A DNA stretch of 64,000 nt, taken from Haliotis cracherodii (lineage: Eukaryota). This document shows, piece after piece, positions 23,392 through 37,114 of the stretch; the first letter of the stretch is position 1; each line of letters starts with the position of its first letter. The DNA lies in the NCBI RefSeq assembly GCF_022045235.1, contig NW_027266292.1, positions 124,001 through 188,000 of the forward strand, in the 5' to 3' direction. Both the position numbers and the translations under genes were made by a program. The notes beneath the pieces are model-generated. The model saw nothing but the letters and a program-made list of their open reading frames with translations, was not told the origin of the DNA and did no database searches.

Positions 23392-25231
23392 AACAGGTAA
23401 ATAATGTGTTCCTTTATTAGACTTACACGTCGCCGTATTGACGCATCGGTACGAAATAGTATAGACGCATACGATTCTGGAATGATGTTACGTGTTGTGC
23501 AGTGTGGAAATCCACACATTAAGGTGTAGGGTGTTGCGAAGTCCAATATGACCATGACCTGCATCACTACAGATGATAAATAATGCATCTAATAAACTAC
23601 AAAATCGCTTATACCACGCTAAAACCTTTTTAAAAAAAAATAAAAAAATAAAGTCCCCAAGGTTGCCCTTCTTTTTCGGACATACCCTCCTTGGTAAAAC
23701 CACAAATTGACCTCGCGGGCCCGTGTGCAAAATTCGCATAAAGTCGGAAAGCGCACGTAAAACACCAACTCTCTCTCCTTCTCTCATGATAAATATAGCG
23801 TCAATACTTATAAAAGTTTAAAGATCCACGGGTGATTTCATATCATTCATTCTTCACTGTATGTTTTATTCTTAATGTATTGTACACATATGGTGAGACT
23901 TTTAGAAACTATCAATCTGTCTGTAATCAGGGAAAACGGTTTCCACGCAGTAATAAGACCCCAACCTCTTAAACACCCGCGTTCACAGATATAGTATAAT
24001 CTCATTCTATAGTTTGAAGAGTTATTGTGGTAACTTTCTTAATTAATAGCCTACATTATATTATACTTAAATGTCCCTTTAAACCAATTCTAACACACAC
24101 GCTACGAAATAATACTCATATCGCTATAGCGTCAGCGTATATGTGCTTGTTATACGTAGTCTAGTCATGACTGTAGGAGATATTTATTTTATGAAAAAGA
24201 AACAATCTAGAAACGTATACAAAAGTCTAGCCGGTTCTAGCTAGCTCTATTCCACAGTCTATGAAATCAGCATAGAGAAATGTATTTATTTTATTTTTAG
24301 AGTCGAGAAGGGCGTTGTGTCATGTAAGATCCCATAGACTTAGTTTTAGTCTATACGTAGTCGTGTTTAATAAATTAGCATGTCCATTTTCTATAACACC
24401 ATAGATAAGTAACGTCCTACTTTAATTGCCAAACCAATACACCTGGTCTAATATTTCACAATATAAAGAATGCACATTTTTGCATATTAGCACATGCACC
24501 CATTATAACACCACAGATCTTACAGTGATCACAATTATTTAGACGTGCACACGTCTCTAAGGCAGTAATTATTAGTTTAAATCATAATTTCTAGATTACA
24601 TGAATATAAATAATAAGAACAAGTTGTCCCAATAAGAGACAGACTTGCTGTCATATTATCTAGACTTCCGTAGAAAGAATTATTACACATACATGGTCTT
24701 ATCTTTCAGTTAGACCTTGGAGGTTCTACTATACCAAATCAGAACCAGTTTGGCCAGTGCGGTTTTCGTAAGCCTTCAGTGCAGATCGAGAGATATCTGC
24801 AGGCTGTGATTGGAGGATATTCTGTAAGATTTTAATGTCTTTCAAATGTACATCCATCCAGTTATTAAAACTGACCATGTTTTTCTTTATTTAGTACTGT
24901 CTTTTTCAACATGATGACTTATGCTGAATGTGACCACAGCTATTTTCAAGTAGGTGACATTTGGTGCGTAACTGGGGGTGGTGTGTTTAGCTTCCTGTAC
25001 TCGGAAAAGGAGCTGGCTAAGCTAGTCATTTTTTATTTTTTTTTATTGCTGCTCTAAGGCCAAACTGTGCTCACACGTACAGGTAATGGCTTAGTTATTT
25101 TTAAAATAATTATAACGTTACTATAGAAGTCTTTGGGAAAACATTTGGAGCAAGGCTAACAGGTACTCAACTCTCTGTCCGGCTCATGAAGTGTTGAAGA
25201 ACGGTATGTATACTGAATATCCCTTTCTCAA

Positions 25232-25425
25232 AGAGTGAAAAAAGTCCATTAGTGTCAACACCTCACGACACTGTCTGTGTTATAAACACCATGGTACATC
25301 ACAGATCATTATGACGTCACGCTGAGATCTGTGACGTAACGTCATTGTTCACGACCATCCATCCAGTTTATAATGGTCTGTCTGGTGGTGAATCCCCTCT
25401 GGGCTGGACAAAACAGCTGATAGGA
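25232..25425. promoter_or_regulatory. Conserved non-coding element B, spacer 3-4
   Basis: Homologous to 5637-5850. Confidence 0.55.
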
Positions 25426-26159
25426 AATAATGGGGTGACAAGGTATCAATAATTCCACATGCTGTCTTTATTTCCAGGTAAGCATGTTCGGACACATTTA
25501 CAAGGCGCGGACACTCCCACTCGTGGACGAAACAGTTGCTAAAGCTCAGAAGTGACCTTTGACCAAGCCTGTTGTTGGATTTCACACAATGAAAAAGAAA
25601 ATACTCGAAAATGTGGATTTAATGATTTTTTTTCGTTTTAAGCGAGGTGAACAAAACTTCTCATGTTTACTCAAATATTGCAAGTCACAGATACAAGTGA
25701 GGTCAGTTTTGAATAGATTAGTTCAAGAAACAAATAAGTGTGCACAGTGTGCGAGCGACTCAAACAGCGATATATTTCAAATGTGAATTGTTATAACATT
25801 TCAAAACATTCAGTTCCCAAACCTCGGAGGATTACCAAGGTTTAATATTATCTGTGGTCAGTCAAAATGTTACAATACTCGCAGGGTTAAAAAGCATATT
25901 TTGCTTTCTTTCAACATCAAGGTGAATGCGAGATCGCGAGAATGTCCCTTACAGTATTCCATAAAGGTGACACGCTATGACATAACTGGAATATTGTTCA
26001 AAGCGGCATTAAACCCAACTCACTCTCTACCACCTGTCGAACGCTTCACACAAAGTCCAGTCACTTTGTTGAATTATTTCGTGACGTTGACACCGAGGGG
26101 AAAACAACCTTTTTTGTCAAGTGGAATAATAACTGATTGTCCATTGAACACTCCGGACC

Positions 26160-26371
26160 TTGCTGGACACTACAAACACGTGCATCAGAATGCCACCACG
26201 TGCAGTAGTGAAGGTGGCGCCCCCTATCGGAAAAATTAACGGTATTCTTATGGCCGGCAACTGACACTAACGACCTGGCCTTTCAGCAACAAGTTATTGG
26301 GCTACTGATTGTAATTATCAGACAATGCGGGTGATTATTTGACACCAAACTGTTATTATAATAATGTCTGG
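26160..26371 (-). promoter_or_regulatory. Conserved non-coding element C/D, C type (inverted), spacer 3-4
   Basis: Near-identical copies at about 33120-33342 and 40355-40577; reverse-complement copies at 47632-47990 and 55878-56035. Confidence 0.5.
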
Positions 26372-26792
26372 GTGTGAGGGTACTACCAGATAGTTGTGAA
26401 CGAACACGGTGCAAAATGCACCCTGTGAGAATCGCTGTTATATTAATAACAGTTTAGAAGGAGTGACAGATTATACTATGGTACTTGGCTTGAATATCCC
26501 GTGATGCGAACAATATGCCTGTGTGCATTGAGTATAGAGTAGCTGACTGTAACTAGCAGTCAAAACGAACAATGCTTGTTTCACACCAAACCGTCAGAAT
26601 ATTGTGCAGGTTGAACTCACTTATGCAAGAAAAATTGGTCTAATTTACAAATTGTATGGCGCAGTGCTGGATGTGGCGAAACGTATAGAGTTGGCCCAAG
26701 GAACGTGCTTCAGTAATGTCCCCTCAAATAATATCACATCAATAATTTCGGACAAGGGGCCCATTCCGCCACTCCACTTCAATGTACAGCTA

Positions 26793-26864
26793 TGTGACAC
26801 TTCGCGTTGTCACGCTCTCTGTAACGTCACGTGACATACGGGCACCTGTCGTGATTAGTGTCAC
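26793..26864. promoter_or_regulatory. Conserved non-coding element A, spacer 3-4
   Basis: Same E-box-rich block as 18146-18216. Confidence 0.65.
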
Positions 26865-27851
26865 TACGTCCCACTGTCCCAGTTCGAGGCGTGCAGGAGC
26901 TGGGTGGAGGTCGTTCATAATGAATCGGATAACACACGGATTTTATATACTTTCAATTGTGTATTCATTGTTTGTGTCTATTCAGGAGGAGTTTGGACGG
27001 AGTTGTGCTTTAATGGAGATACCTTTATGGATATGCGGTAGACGCCAGGCATTTTTAAAGTTTCAAAGTATCAAGCTTGCACCTGGTAAACACATGGTCT
27101 GTTCACCAGGTTTTACCATCTGATTTAATGAAACCAGTTAAATTTAATTCTAAAAAATCAACTTCTTTGATATGCAATTTCACCTGTGTTTGTTTTGCAG
27201 GACTTTGTCATTTCTGCAGGGACTTTGTCAGTGGAACACATCTGCGACATTTTTGCCTACTCTTTACCAATACGCTGCACAGCAACTGTGAAGTATTGTA
27301 CAAAACGGTTAACCCAATTCTGGGGCATTAACAGGAAAAGTTTACGCTCACTGTAGCAATGTATGACCATTAGGGGTGATTAACTTTGTGCTGACACGGC
27401 ACCACGGCAGGACTATTGCAACACAAACAAAGGTTTACCACCATGGCAGTTGTGTTTCAGCCAGCCATATGGTTAGTCGAATGCTAGGACGGTTATTAAG
27501 CAAGTGAGTTTTTATTTTAGTTCAACATGATTCTGTTTGTACACATGTCTTAGTGCCAGAATGTTTTGTCCTTCAGAAACAAGCTGACGACAGTATAAAG
27601 GATCATAATATTTTACAACTTTGAAGCTAGCAGAACAGATTCTTGATAACCTATTCTAATCAAGGTGTACTGGTGTATTCTACGGATATAAACTCGTAAA
27701 AAAATTACAGCAACGAAGTATAGTAGTGTTATATATTTCTTTTATCAACGAATATAATATATCACAGACAATGAATATGAAATGTCCTGTATGAAAAAGC
27801 ACTTTTATGTCGTATACAAAATCACAGCTATATAAAGTTGTCTGGAGCATT

Positions 27852-29154
27852 TTACCAGGGCCTCCACGGAACCTGTTGCTCCGTCTGAATCTGTTGTGAG
27901 TAGGACCACGTGCTCTGGAGCCACGCTCTCACTCTCGAGTCTTTGTCAACCATTTCTGATGGTATTTTACATCTTAGTTCTGAATACGAGAGGCTGGGGA
28001 GATAGTGTCCGGTTCTGGGGGTGGATTGTTTGACACTATCAGGAGAACCAGCATATCCACTGTCTGAGAAACTATTTTCCTCCTTCACAGGGGAAGTGCA
28101 CACTGTCCTGTTCATGTACGCATGCGCAGCCGGATGTTGATATTGGACATTGTGGGAGGGTAATGTTCTCAGTCGCTCGAAGCACTGACTTGTGTATGAC
28201 GTCACATCATCTGTTGATGATGTCATGGGCACCTGCTGAATGTGCGTCATGCGCCCACAGATGTGTTTTCTCAGCTGACGGTGTACATTGTCCGACACTC
28301 CTGGCAGAGACTGAATGTAGGAGAGGATTTCTTCAGCACATTTGGAGAAGCCATGATGGAATCTAGCTTCAACTGCTTCTTTGACGTGTTGATGTGTGGT
28401 GTTGATCTTCCTGACGTTCCTCAGATAATCTACAGTCGTCTCCAGAATCTCGGCCTTTTCCATCTTGTCATAGTTTGGGTCCTGGAAAAATGAATGACAA
28501 TAAATAACATGCATCGTGATATGTAAGAAATTATTTTTAAAAACAAGAAAGATATTATTTCAGTCTTTAATTTGAAATAGGAGTAAATTTGCAAGAATGT
28601 GAATATAGATTGTAAACATCGAAGGGAGCTACTTACATTTCGTTTATGTGCCGCACACACGATGCTTTTGATTGTCGACAGGCTTTGGTTGATTCTGGCT
28701 CGTCGCCGTTTTTCAGCCATTATCTTTCGACCCTGGAGAAAAAAACAGATTCATATGAAATGTATTCATGTTTGCATACAATATTTCAGGTTATCAAAAT
28801 ATATGTTCTGAAAGAACGCTTCGCTTGACTCTAGTCTCTGAAATGAACATATCCTACAGAAAACAGTTGTTAAATTATCTTAATAAAAATATAATAAATA
28901 GACCAGAGACTCTCTTCATCCTGGTACTGCAGTAATCTAGACTTGCCAATTATTATTGAGAAAGGGACAAACAGTCTATTCCCATTTCTTATGAATATTA
29001 AATTAGCCACGTGTTTCAGTCATGAACAAGCACATGTAATTTACACATTATAAACAGACCATTTGAAACTTTTTTATAAGAGTAAATTGATGCTTACCTT
29101 TCTTAGGCCCATATATTCACTGTCAGATTCCATGTTATCAAAGTAAGATTCCAT
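27852..29154 (-). CDS. hes: HES-like bHLH-Orange-WRPW repressor, copy 4 (260 aa)
   Basis: complement(join(27852..28481,28637..28732,29098..29154)); exon 2 GRKIMAEKRRRARINQSLSTIKSIVCAAHKRN; ends WRPW-TAA. Confidence 0.95.
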
Positions 29155-29530
29155 CACTGAGATGTGTTCAGCTCTTAAGGGACAAGTTGGTGTGATGGAA
29201 AGCAGCCTCCCGACCCGCCTTTATACCCCTAACATTCCCCTACCCACGCTAATCTATGCACAGTTATGTTTTGACATCTGAATAGCCCGGCGCGATCCGA
29301 TACACGCAGCCAATCAGCGCACACCTAGTTAAGTGGTGGCACGCGCCGGCTCGCGTTAAACTTCACCCTGAGACAGATGTTCTTCTCAGAGCCGACAGGG
29401 ATGATATTCTTCAGGAGCAGAGAGCATCTTGCTCAGCGTGACACGAGGAGTTACGTGGCTGAGCACCCGGCCTGTCAACAATCTGAGTAATTTTGATCCA
29501 GTGTTTCATTCAATTAAAGTGTATTCCCAC
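29155..29530 (-). promoter_or_regulatory. 5' UTR and proximal promoter of HES copy 4
   Basis: TATA 29220-29225, CCAAT, class-C site 29338-29347; proximal Su(H) site mutated (TTCTCAGA 29383-29390); distal GTGGGAA core at 29524-29530. Confidence 0.85.
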
Positions 29531-31454
29531 CCCTTCTTGGGCCGTGACACGCGCTGTGTCGCATTCCGTCGCCAACCGCAACCTTGAACAGTAACCAAGT
29601 GAAACACGAAGTTGATTGGATTTCTCTTGGATTTACAACACACAATACCCGTATTGACGGTGCTGACATGCAACCACAATATTAACAGATTGAAATTATT
29701 TCAGTGTTACTGGTCAGTACTGTTATCAGTATATAACTAGCCATGAATTGTATTTCTTTCCAAAGTCCCTTTTAGTGCCAACTTCACTCTTTTTAGTTCA
29801 CAGAAGAAATAATCCTGAAAAATATTTTATATAACGTCTTTGCCGTGCATTTTGTGAACAAGTTGTGTCATTATCAGTTGGTCGTTTACTTTCTACGTTT
29901 TGGCATTGTTTTCAGCTTACAAGCTGCAGATTATCACTAAGCCAGCTAATCCTTGTAATCCACTGTAGCTGTCGCCGCGAAGATGACGTTGTCAGACACA
30001 TCTTACTTATTATGTTCAAATCTAAGTTTATTATCTGACTGGAATATGGTATCTAGCTGAAATATGCGTGCTTTCGGTAAAAAAAAAGCAATTGTGTACA
30101 TTGGTGTAAAATACAACGCTGCTAAATTATTTTTTCATTAATGGGGAAAGATATAATAAGTAGTATTCATGGAGAAAATTCACCGCCACACAGTGTTTTT
30201 GTTGGACGAGGGCGGAAATGCATCTCGCCCTGAAGATGAGGGACGTGCGAGCCAGTCGCTGTTTTTTATCATTTGGAAATCTAATGCCTTTCATGATATG
30301 TTTATTATTTATTGTTATTTTTCCATGATGCTCTCTCAATTACAAACATAATAATTGAATGTAGTAACAGTCAATATTATCATTTTAGAGAATTAAAGTC
30401 ACTGTCACACAGTGGTGAGCCAAGGCTGTTACTCACCTCTATGTCAATTAACGTGAGTCTGTCTGTAACTTACAAGAAACATACCTTGTGCACAGAACCC
30501 TTCTTAATATTTCACGAATCGCGTTGTGTCATTCTCCACTCAGACCTGGGGCCAGACATGGTTTGGATAGCGATTATGTGTCAAATGGTAATTCTTATTA
30601 TCACAATCTGATAATTAACCATCTACTCAGAATGAAAGTCGTTAGTGTCAGAACAGGTAGATAATGTGTTTCTTTATTAGTCTGTACACGTCTCCTTATG
30701 GACGCATCACCAAAAAAAAAAGAGTAGAAAAATAGCATTCGGCTCATAGTTTCAAAAACAATTTCAATCTTGTTTTGCAGCCGTTCATGGACAAGTGCCA
30801 AGTCTCCATACAAAATCCTAGGCCCCCAATCAGAATATCAAATCACCGGAAATTTAGGATCGATAAACAAGACTTATTTGAACCCCTTTGAATATCTTTT
30901 GATATTAATGTTTCTGCAGTGTCCAAACAGCCCTTGATTAATCTACTTTACACGTCGCCACGAACACGTTGTCAGACACACAGGGTCACGTGATATTTAA
31001 TGTTGTCAGCTCAGCCGCCTGAGAAAGTGAATCAGAACACTTCAGGAAGGGACCACCCAGCCGTCACTGAGGGCAATGACATTAAACCTTGATATGACAT
31101 TAAACGAAACCTTGGGAGTTTAGAACCCAAAGTGTCGAACTATTGAAACTGCTTCCATCTTGTGTTTATAGCGATATTCCTTCCTATTAATAAGTGTATC
31201 CATGCATAGAAATTTAAGCCATGCCCATGTTTGGGCATATATCAATAATCATGCGCAAATAGATTTGCAAAAAAATCCACTTTAGTCTGTAAAACGAACG
31301 AATATTGTTTGTTATTTACACTCATATCCATATTTGACTTTGATATGATATTTACGAAATTGTTTAACTCTCTATCATATTTGATCAGTTCTTTCGTTTC
31401 GTAAAAATGGTATCTTACCGGAATGAGTGAAGTCTCTACTTTAGTTTTAACACT

Positions 31455-31615
31455 GTCCATAAACACTAGGATATATCACAGATTATCATGATGTCATGCT
31501 GAGATCTGTGACGTAACGTCATTGTTCACGGCCAACCATCCAGTGATGGAGATTGTTTGTAACGGTCTTTCTGGTGATGAACTCCCTCTGGGCTGGACAA
31601 AACAGCTGATAGGGA
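31455..31615. promoter_or_regulatory. Conserved non-coding element B, spacer 4-5
   Basis: Homologous to 5637-5850; first CRE changed to TGATGTCA. Confidence 0.5.
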
Positions 31616-34181
31616 ATAATAGGATGACAAGGTATCAAGAATTCCACATGCTGTGTTTATTCCTAGGTCAGCATGTTTGGACACATTTACAAGGTGTGGA
31701 CACTCCCACACGTGGACGAAACAGTTGCTGAGACTGAGAAAAGTGACATATGACCAGATCTGTGATTTGTGGATTTTACACAATGAAAGAAAACAACGAA
31801 AATGTGGATTTAAAGATTTGTTTTCTTTTTGAGCGAAGTGAACAGAACTTCTTATGTTTACTCAAATATTGCAAGTCACAGATACAAGTTTCGTGGACGA
31901 AACAGTTCAGATCAGATCTATTGTTGGATTTCACACAATGAAACATAAACCCAAATATGTATAACATTATGATCATAATAATGACACTTTAAAAAGGAAG
32001 TTCAACCACAAAAACAATTTGGATTTTTTTCTCCATTACTAAGTCGTCTTGGAGTGAGAGCATTCCAGTGAAATAGTTAAAAAGTTAGTCTTATGATAAA
32101 CTCTCCCAGAAATTTTAACTATAGTTCAAATATTCAAACAACGTGTCTTGAGTGTATGTCATATCGGGGATAAATGTTCCAAAGGGCAGTCACTGATGCT
32201 AGAACTATATTTAGATGCTTTTTGGCCTTTTTGTAGCGTAGTTCGTGCCACTAGTCACTGCAAAACATTTACAGAAACAGCTTTTGTGACTCTTAGAGAA
32301 AGAAACCATAAAATTGAATTGACTACGTTTTAATAAATAAACAATAACCTTGAACTATCTCTCTGATCTCGTCCCACCTGAAGTATTAGAAACTTAAGAC
32401 TATAACCTTAGAAATTGTTCTAAACTACAGCCACTAAATAACAGAAGGGCAAACTTGTGATATCTGTGCTTTCGGGACGACTGGACAGTTTAAAATGGAG
32501 CAGTTTTGAAACAAGAAATAGTGCGCATACGTTCGAGCGAACCATATACAACACGACTCCAATAAATTCATCCTTATTACATTATATTATTCCCAAAGGT
32601 TCAACATGATCAATATGATTCAATTAGGTTCAATTTGATCAAGGGTAGTCTTGTGTAGCGTTCACTCGTCACGCCGAGACCCGGTTCGATTCCACACATG
32701 GGTACAATGTGTGAAGCCCATTTCTGGTGTCCCCCCATTCAATGTGATTAAAATGATTCAATGAGGTTAAATATGATCAGTATTATTCATAAAAGTGCAA
32801 TATGATCTGTGGTGAGCCTGGCCATGCTCGTGTGCTAAAAAAGGTGGAAAAACGTCTCCCAATCTCCCCACCATTTTGCTTTCTCCCAACATTAAGCTGA
32901 CACGCCGTAACATAGCTGAAATACTGTTCAAAGCCGAAAACCAAACTCACTCACTCACACACTGCCACCTGTCGAATGCAATGTTTGACAAGATGGCCAG
33001 TCACTTTGATGAATTATTTCGTGACATTGACACCGGGGTGAAAACAATCGGGATTTGTTTTTGTCACGTGGAATAACTGATTGTCCAGTCAACACTTCGG
33101 ACATTGCAAGAACCATCTGCTGGACACTACGACCTCGTGCATCAGAATGCCACCACGTGCAGTTCCCCGCTGCTTGTAGAGAAGGTGGCGCACCCTATCG
33201 GAATAATTAACGGTTTCCTTATGACCGGCAACTGACACTAACGACCTGGCCTTTCAGCAACTAGTTGTTGGGCTACTGATTGTAATTATCAGACAATGCG
33301 GGTGATTATTTGACACCAAACTGTTATCATAATAATGTCTGGGTGAGAAAGTAGAAATAAGAATTGACAAGATGCTAAGACAGCCGAAATGATAGTTGAG
33401 AAAGAGTAACTTATTATGCCATGAAGTTTCAGCAATGACGCTTTGTTTAACATCCCATTAATAATTGTCCTCATATAATTAGGCCAGAACAAAAAGGTGA
33501 GGCGATACGTAATCATAAAACTGTAATCACTATGCATTAATTTAACATCCCATTTATAATTATCGTCATATAAGAGGCTGGAACCAAAAGGTGAGACTGC
33601 TAAAAGAGATCGCGTTCAAGATTATTGCACTTGTATAGCGAAGTCCATTTAAGTGTTTTCTGCTTGTACTGGTCCGGATAGACCCCAAAAAAGCTAATCC
33701 AAATGGAGCTCAGAGCAATGCTAAAATTCAGAGCTGAGGCAATCTAGACATGACAAGTCATTCTAGACTTGAGTTGGATTCCTTTTTAAGTATTTACGTG
33801 TGTGCACTAAATTGTAATCATTATCAGTAAGTCTATTAGACTTAAATTTAGTCATTTAAATATATACATATATCCACACACAAAATCTAGACTTGCCAAA
33901 TGATTCTACTCCTTTCTGAGTTTCCCTTTTCAATACATTCTCCAGGGTCGGAGAGATAGACAGGGGTTCTATATGCGATAGACCTGCCGTCATAATATTG
34001 AACTCATTCACACCCAGGAAATCGGTTGTTTTTTTAAAAACGCTTTGAATGCAGAAAGTGCGGTTAAACAAATGTGAAATGCCCAAGGACGTGCATTCAG
34101 TATTGACACCTAAATTAATAACCCAGTGATAATTTCGGCCTTTGAGTCACATTCCGCCACTCTACTTCTCAATGTTCGCTG

Positions 34182-34252
34182 TGTGACACTTCGCGTTGTC
34201 ACGCTCTGGTAAGATCACGTGACATACGGGCACCTGCGGCGATCAGTGTCAC
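34182..34252. promoter_or_regulatory. Conserved non-coding element A, spacer 4-5
   Basis: Same E-box-rich block. Confidence 0.65.
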
Positions 34253-35427
34253 AACTAACGCCTGTCCCAGTTCGAGGCGTGCAGGAGCTTGATGGAGGTC
34301 GTTAATAATGACCCTACAAGGATTTTATATACTTTCATTTGTGTTTTCACTGTTTGTGTCTATTCAAAGCGACGGACGGACGGAGTTGTGCTTTTATGGA
34401 AATACTTTAATGGACATCATGTCGACGCCAGGCCAGTTTCAAAGTGTCCCAGTGTTTAAGCTGGCATTTGGTAAACCAGTCTGTACGCCAGGTCTTATCA
34501 TCTGATTTAACGAAACCAGTTGAATTTAATTTAGATTTCACACATGTATTCTTTCTAGGAACTTTGGTCCTTTTTACTGTCCAACTGTCTACTTCATTCC
34601 TGACTGTTCTTCGACAATGCACTACGACACATTCTGATTTATGTTCAAAAAAGTAAACCCAATTCATCAGGGGACAGTTACCGTTTCAACGTAGACGAGC
34701 TTTTAATAGGAACAGTAGTCCTGCACCATGAACGTGATCTATAATTATTTTATGAAAAAAATAATCTAGAAATGCATTCAAAAGCAAGACCAGCAAGCTC
34801 AAGCTAGCTCACTCTGAAATCAGCATAGGGAATTTTTTATATATTTTTAGAGTAAAAAAAGCACATTGTGTAATATAAGATTTCAAAGATCTATAGGAAC
34901 AATTGCCACTGTAGACTGTATACCACCATTCAGTCAGCCATTGAGTGGAATGCTGGTTGTTAGAGAGATAAGCAAGTGCGTTTGGATTTTTGTCCGACAT
35001 TAAATATGTAATTGTGTGTATCTGTGTATCCACATGTCTGCACACGTGTTTGTGGCTGAAGAAATCTGTTGTTGGATAAAGTGTTTCAGATGCTCATTGT
35101 CAGAATTGTTTTTCCTTGTGATAGCTGACGACATTACAGAGGGTAATAATATTTTACTACTTTACCTAATAACTGGTAATATTTATACAGCTAGCAGACC
35201 TGATTTCTTGGAAAACTATTCAACCCAAGGTGCACTAGTACATACACCAGTATATCATGCTTAGAATAGGCACATCGTGAATTCGTAAAAAAACAACGAA
35301 GGATACAAGAGTTAAATAATACATCTTTATCAACAAATATGATTTATCACAGACAATGTATACGAACAGACCGATATAAAGAAGCACCATTATGACGTGT
35401 CCAAAATATAAAGTTGCATGGAGCATT

Positions 35428-36738
35428 TTACCAGGGCCTCCATGGAACCTGTTGCTCCGTCTTAATCTGCTGTGAGTAGGACCACGTGCTCTGGAGCCAC
35501 GATCTCACTCTCGAGTCTTTGTCAACAATTTCTGACGGTACGTTACAACTAAGTTCTGAATCTGAGAGACTGGGGTGATAGTGTCCGGTTCTGGGGGTGG
35601 ATTGTTTGACACTATCAGGAGAACCAGCATATCCACTGTCTGAGAAACTGTTGTCCTCCTTCACAGGGGAAGTGCAAACTGTCCGGCTCATGTACGCATG
35701 TGCAGCCGGATGTGGATATTTGGAATTATGAGAAGGTATTGTTCTCAGTCGCTCGGAGCACTGACTTGTGTATGACGTCACATCATCTGTTGATGACGTC
35801 TCGGGCACCTGTTGAATGTGCGTCAAACGTCGAGATATGTGTTTTCTCAGCTGATGGTGCACATTGTCCGACACTCCTGGCAGAGACTGAATGTAGGAGA
35901 GGATTTCTTCAGCACATTTGGAGAAGCCATGATGGAATCTGGCTTGAACTGCTTCTTTGACGTGTTGATGTGTTGTGTTGATCTTCCTGACGTTCCTCAG
36001 ATAATCTACAGTCGTCTCCAGAATCTCGGCCTTTTCCATCTTGTCATAGTTTGGGTCCTGGAAAAAATGAATAACAATAAATAACCAAGGCATACATCGT
36101 GATATATAAGAAATTATTTTTTTAAAAAAGAAAGATATTATTTCAGTCTTAAATTTGAAATAGGAGTAAATTTGCAAGAATGTGAATATAGATTGTAAAC
36201 ATCAAAGGGAGCTACTTACATTTCGTTTATGTGCCGCACACACGATGCTTTTGATTGTCGACAGGCTTTGGTTGATTCTGGCTCGTCGCCGTTTTTCAGC
36301 CATTATCTTTCGACCCTGGAGAAAAAAACAGATTCATATGAAATGTATTCATGTTTGCATACAATATTTCAGGTTATCAAAATATATGTCCTGAAAGAAC
36401 GCTTCGCTTGACTCTAGTCTTTGAAATGAACATATCCTACAGAAAACAGTTGTTAAATTATCTTAATAAAAATATAATAAAAAGACCAGAGACTCTCTTC
36501 ATCCTGGTACTGCAGTAATCTAGACTTGCCAATTATTATTGAGAAAGGGACAAACAGTCTATTCCCATTCCTTATGAATATTAAATTAGCCACATGTTTC
36601 AGTCATGAACAAGCACATGTAATTTACACATTATAAACAGACCATTTGAAACTTTTTTTATAAGAGTAAATTGATGCTTACCTTTCTTCGGCCCATATAT
36701 TCACTGTCAGATTCCATGTTATGAAAGTAAGATTCCAT
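35428..36738 (-). CDS. hes: HES-like bHLH-Orange-WRPW repressor, copy 5 (260 aa)
   Basis: complement(join(35428..36057,36220..36315,36682..36738)); GT-AG sites; ends WRPW-TAA. Confidence 0.95.
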
Positions 36739-37114
36739 CACTGCGATGTGTTCAGCTCTGAGGGAGGAGGTAGTGTGATGGAACGCAGCCTCCCGACCCG
36801 CCTTTATACCCCTAACATTCCCCTACCCACGCTAATCTATGCACAGTTATGTTTTGACATCTGAATAGCCCGGCGCGATCCGATACACGCAGCCAATCAG
36901 CGCACACCTAGCTAAGTGGTGGCACGCGCCGGCTCGCGTTAAACTTCACCCGGAGACAGATGTTCTTCTCACGACCCGACAGGGATGATATTCTTCAGGA
37001 GCAGAGAGCATCTTGCTTGGCGTGACACGAGGAGTTACGTGGCCGAGCACCCGGCCTGTCAACAATCTGAGTAATTTTGATCCACTGTTTCATTCAATTA
37101 AAGTGTATTCCCAC
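36739..37114 (-). promoter_or_regulatory. 5' UTR and proximal promoter of HES copy 5
   Basis: TATA 36803-36808, CCAAT, class-C site 36921-36930, Su(H) site 36966-36973, N-box, distal GTGGGAA core at 37108-37114. Confidence 0.85.

Noticed and set aside
33289-33537. Recurrent small ORFs in spacers (33289/40524/47491, 31522/38759, 30312/37941)
   Set aside because: Similarity is explained by duplicated non-coding blocks; frames break in the other copies and no protein motif is visible.
35383-35392. Possible miR-29-type site (TGGTGCT) in the 3' UTRs of copies 5 and 6
   Set aside because: Present only in two near-identical UTRs, so there is no independent support.
35428-36177. ORF-track N-terminal extensions of exon 3 (e.g. 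MQIYSYF..., MYLYLCL...) and the TTG-started MSLRAEH... extension of exon 1
   Set aside because: They read through intron 2 or the 5' UTR; canonical splice sites and the conserved ATG give complete bHLH proteins.
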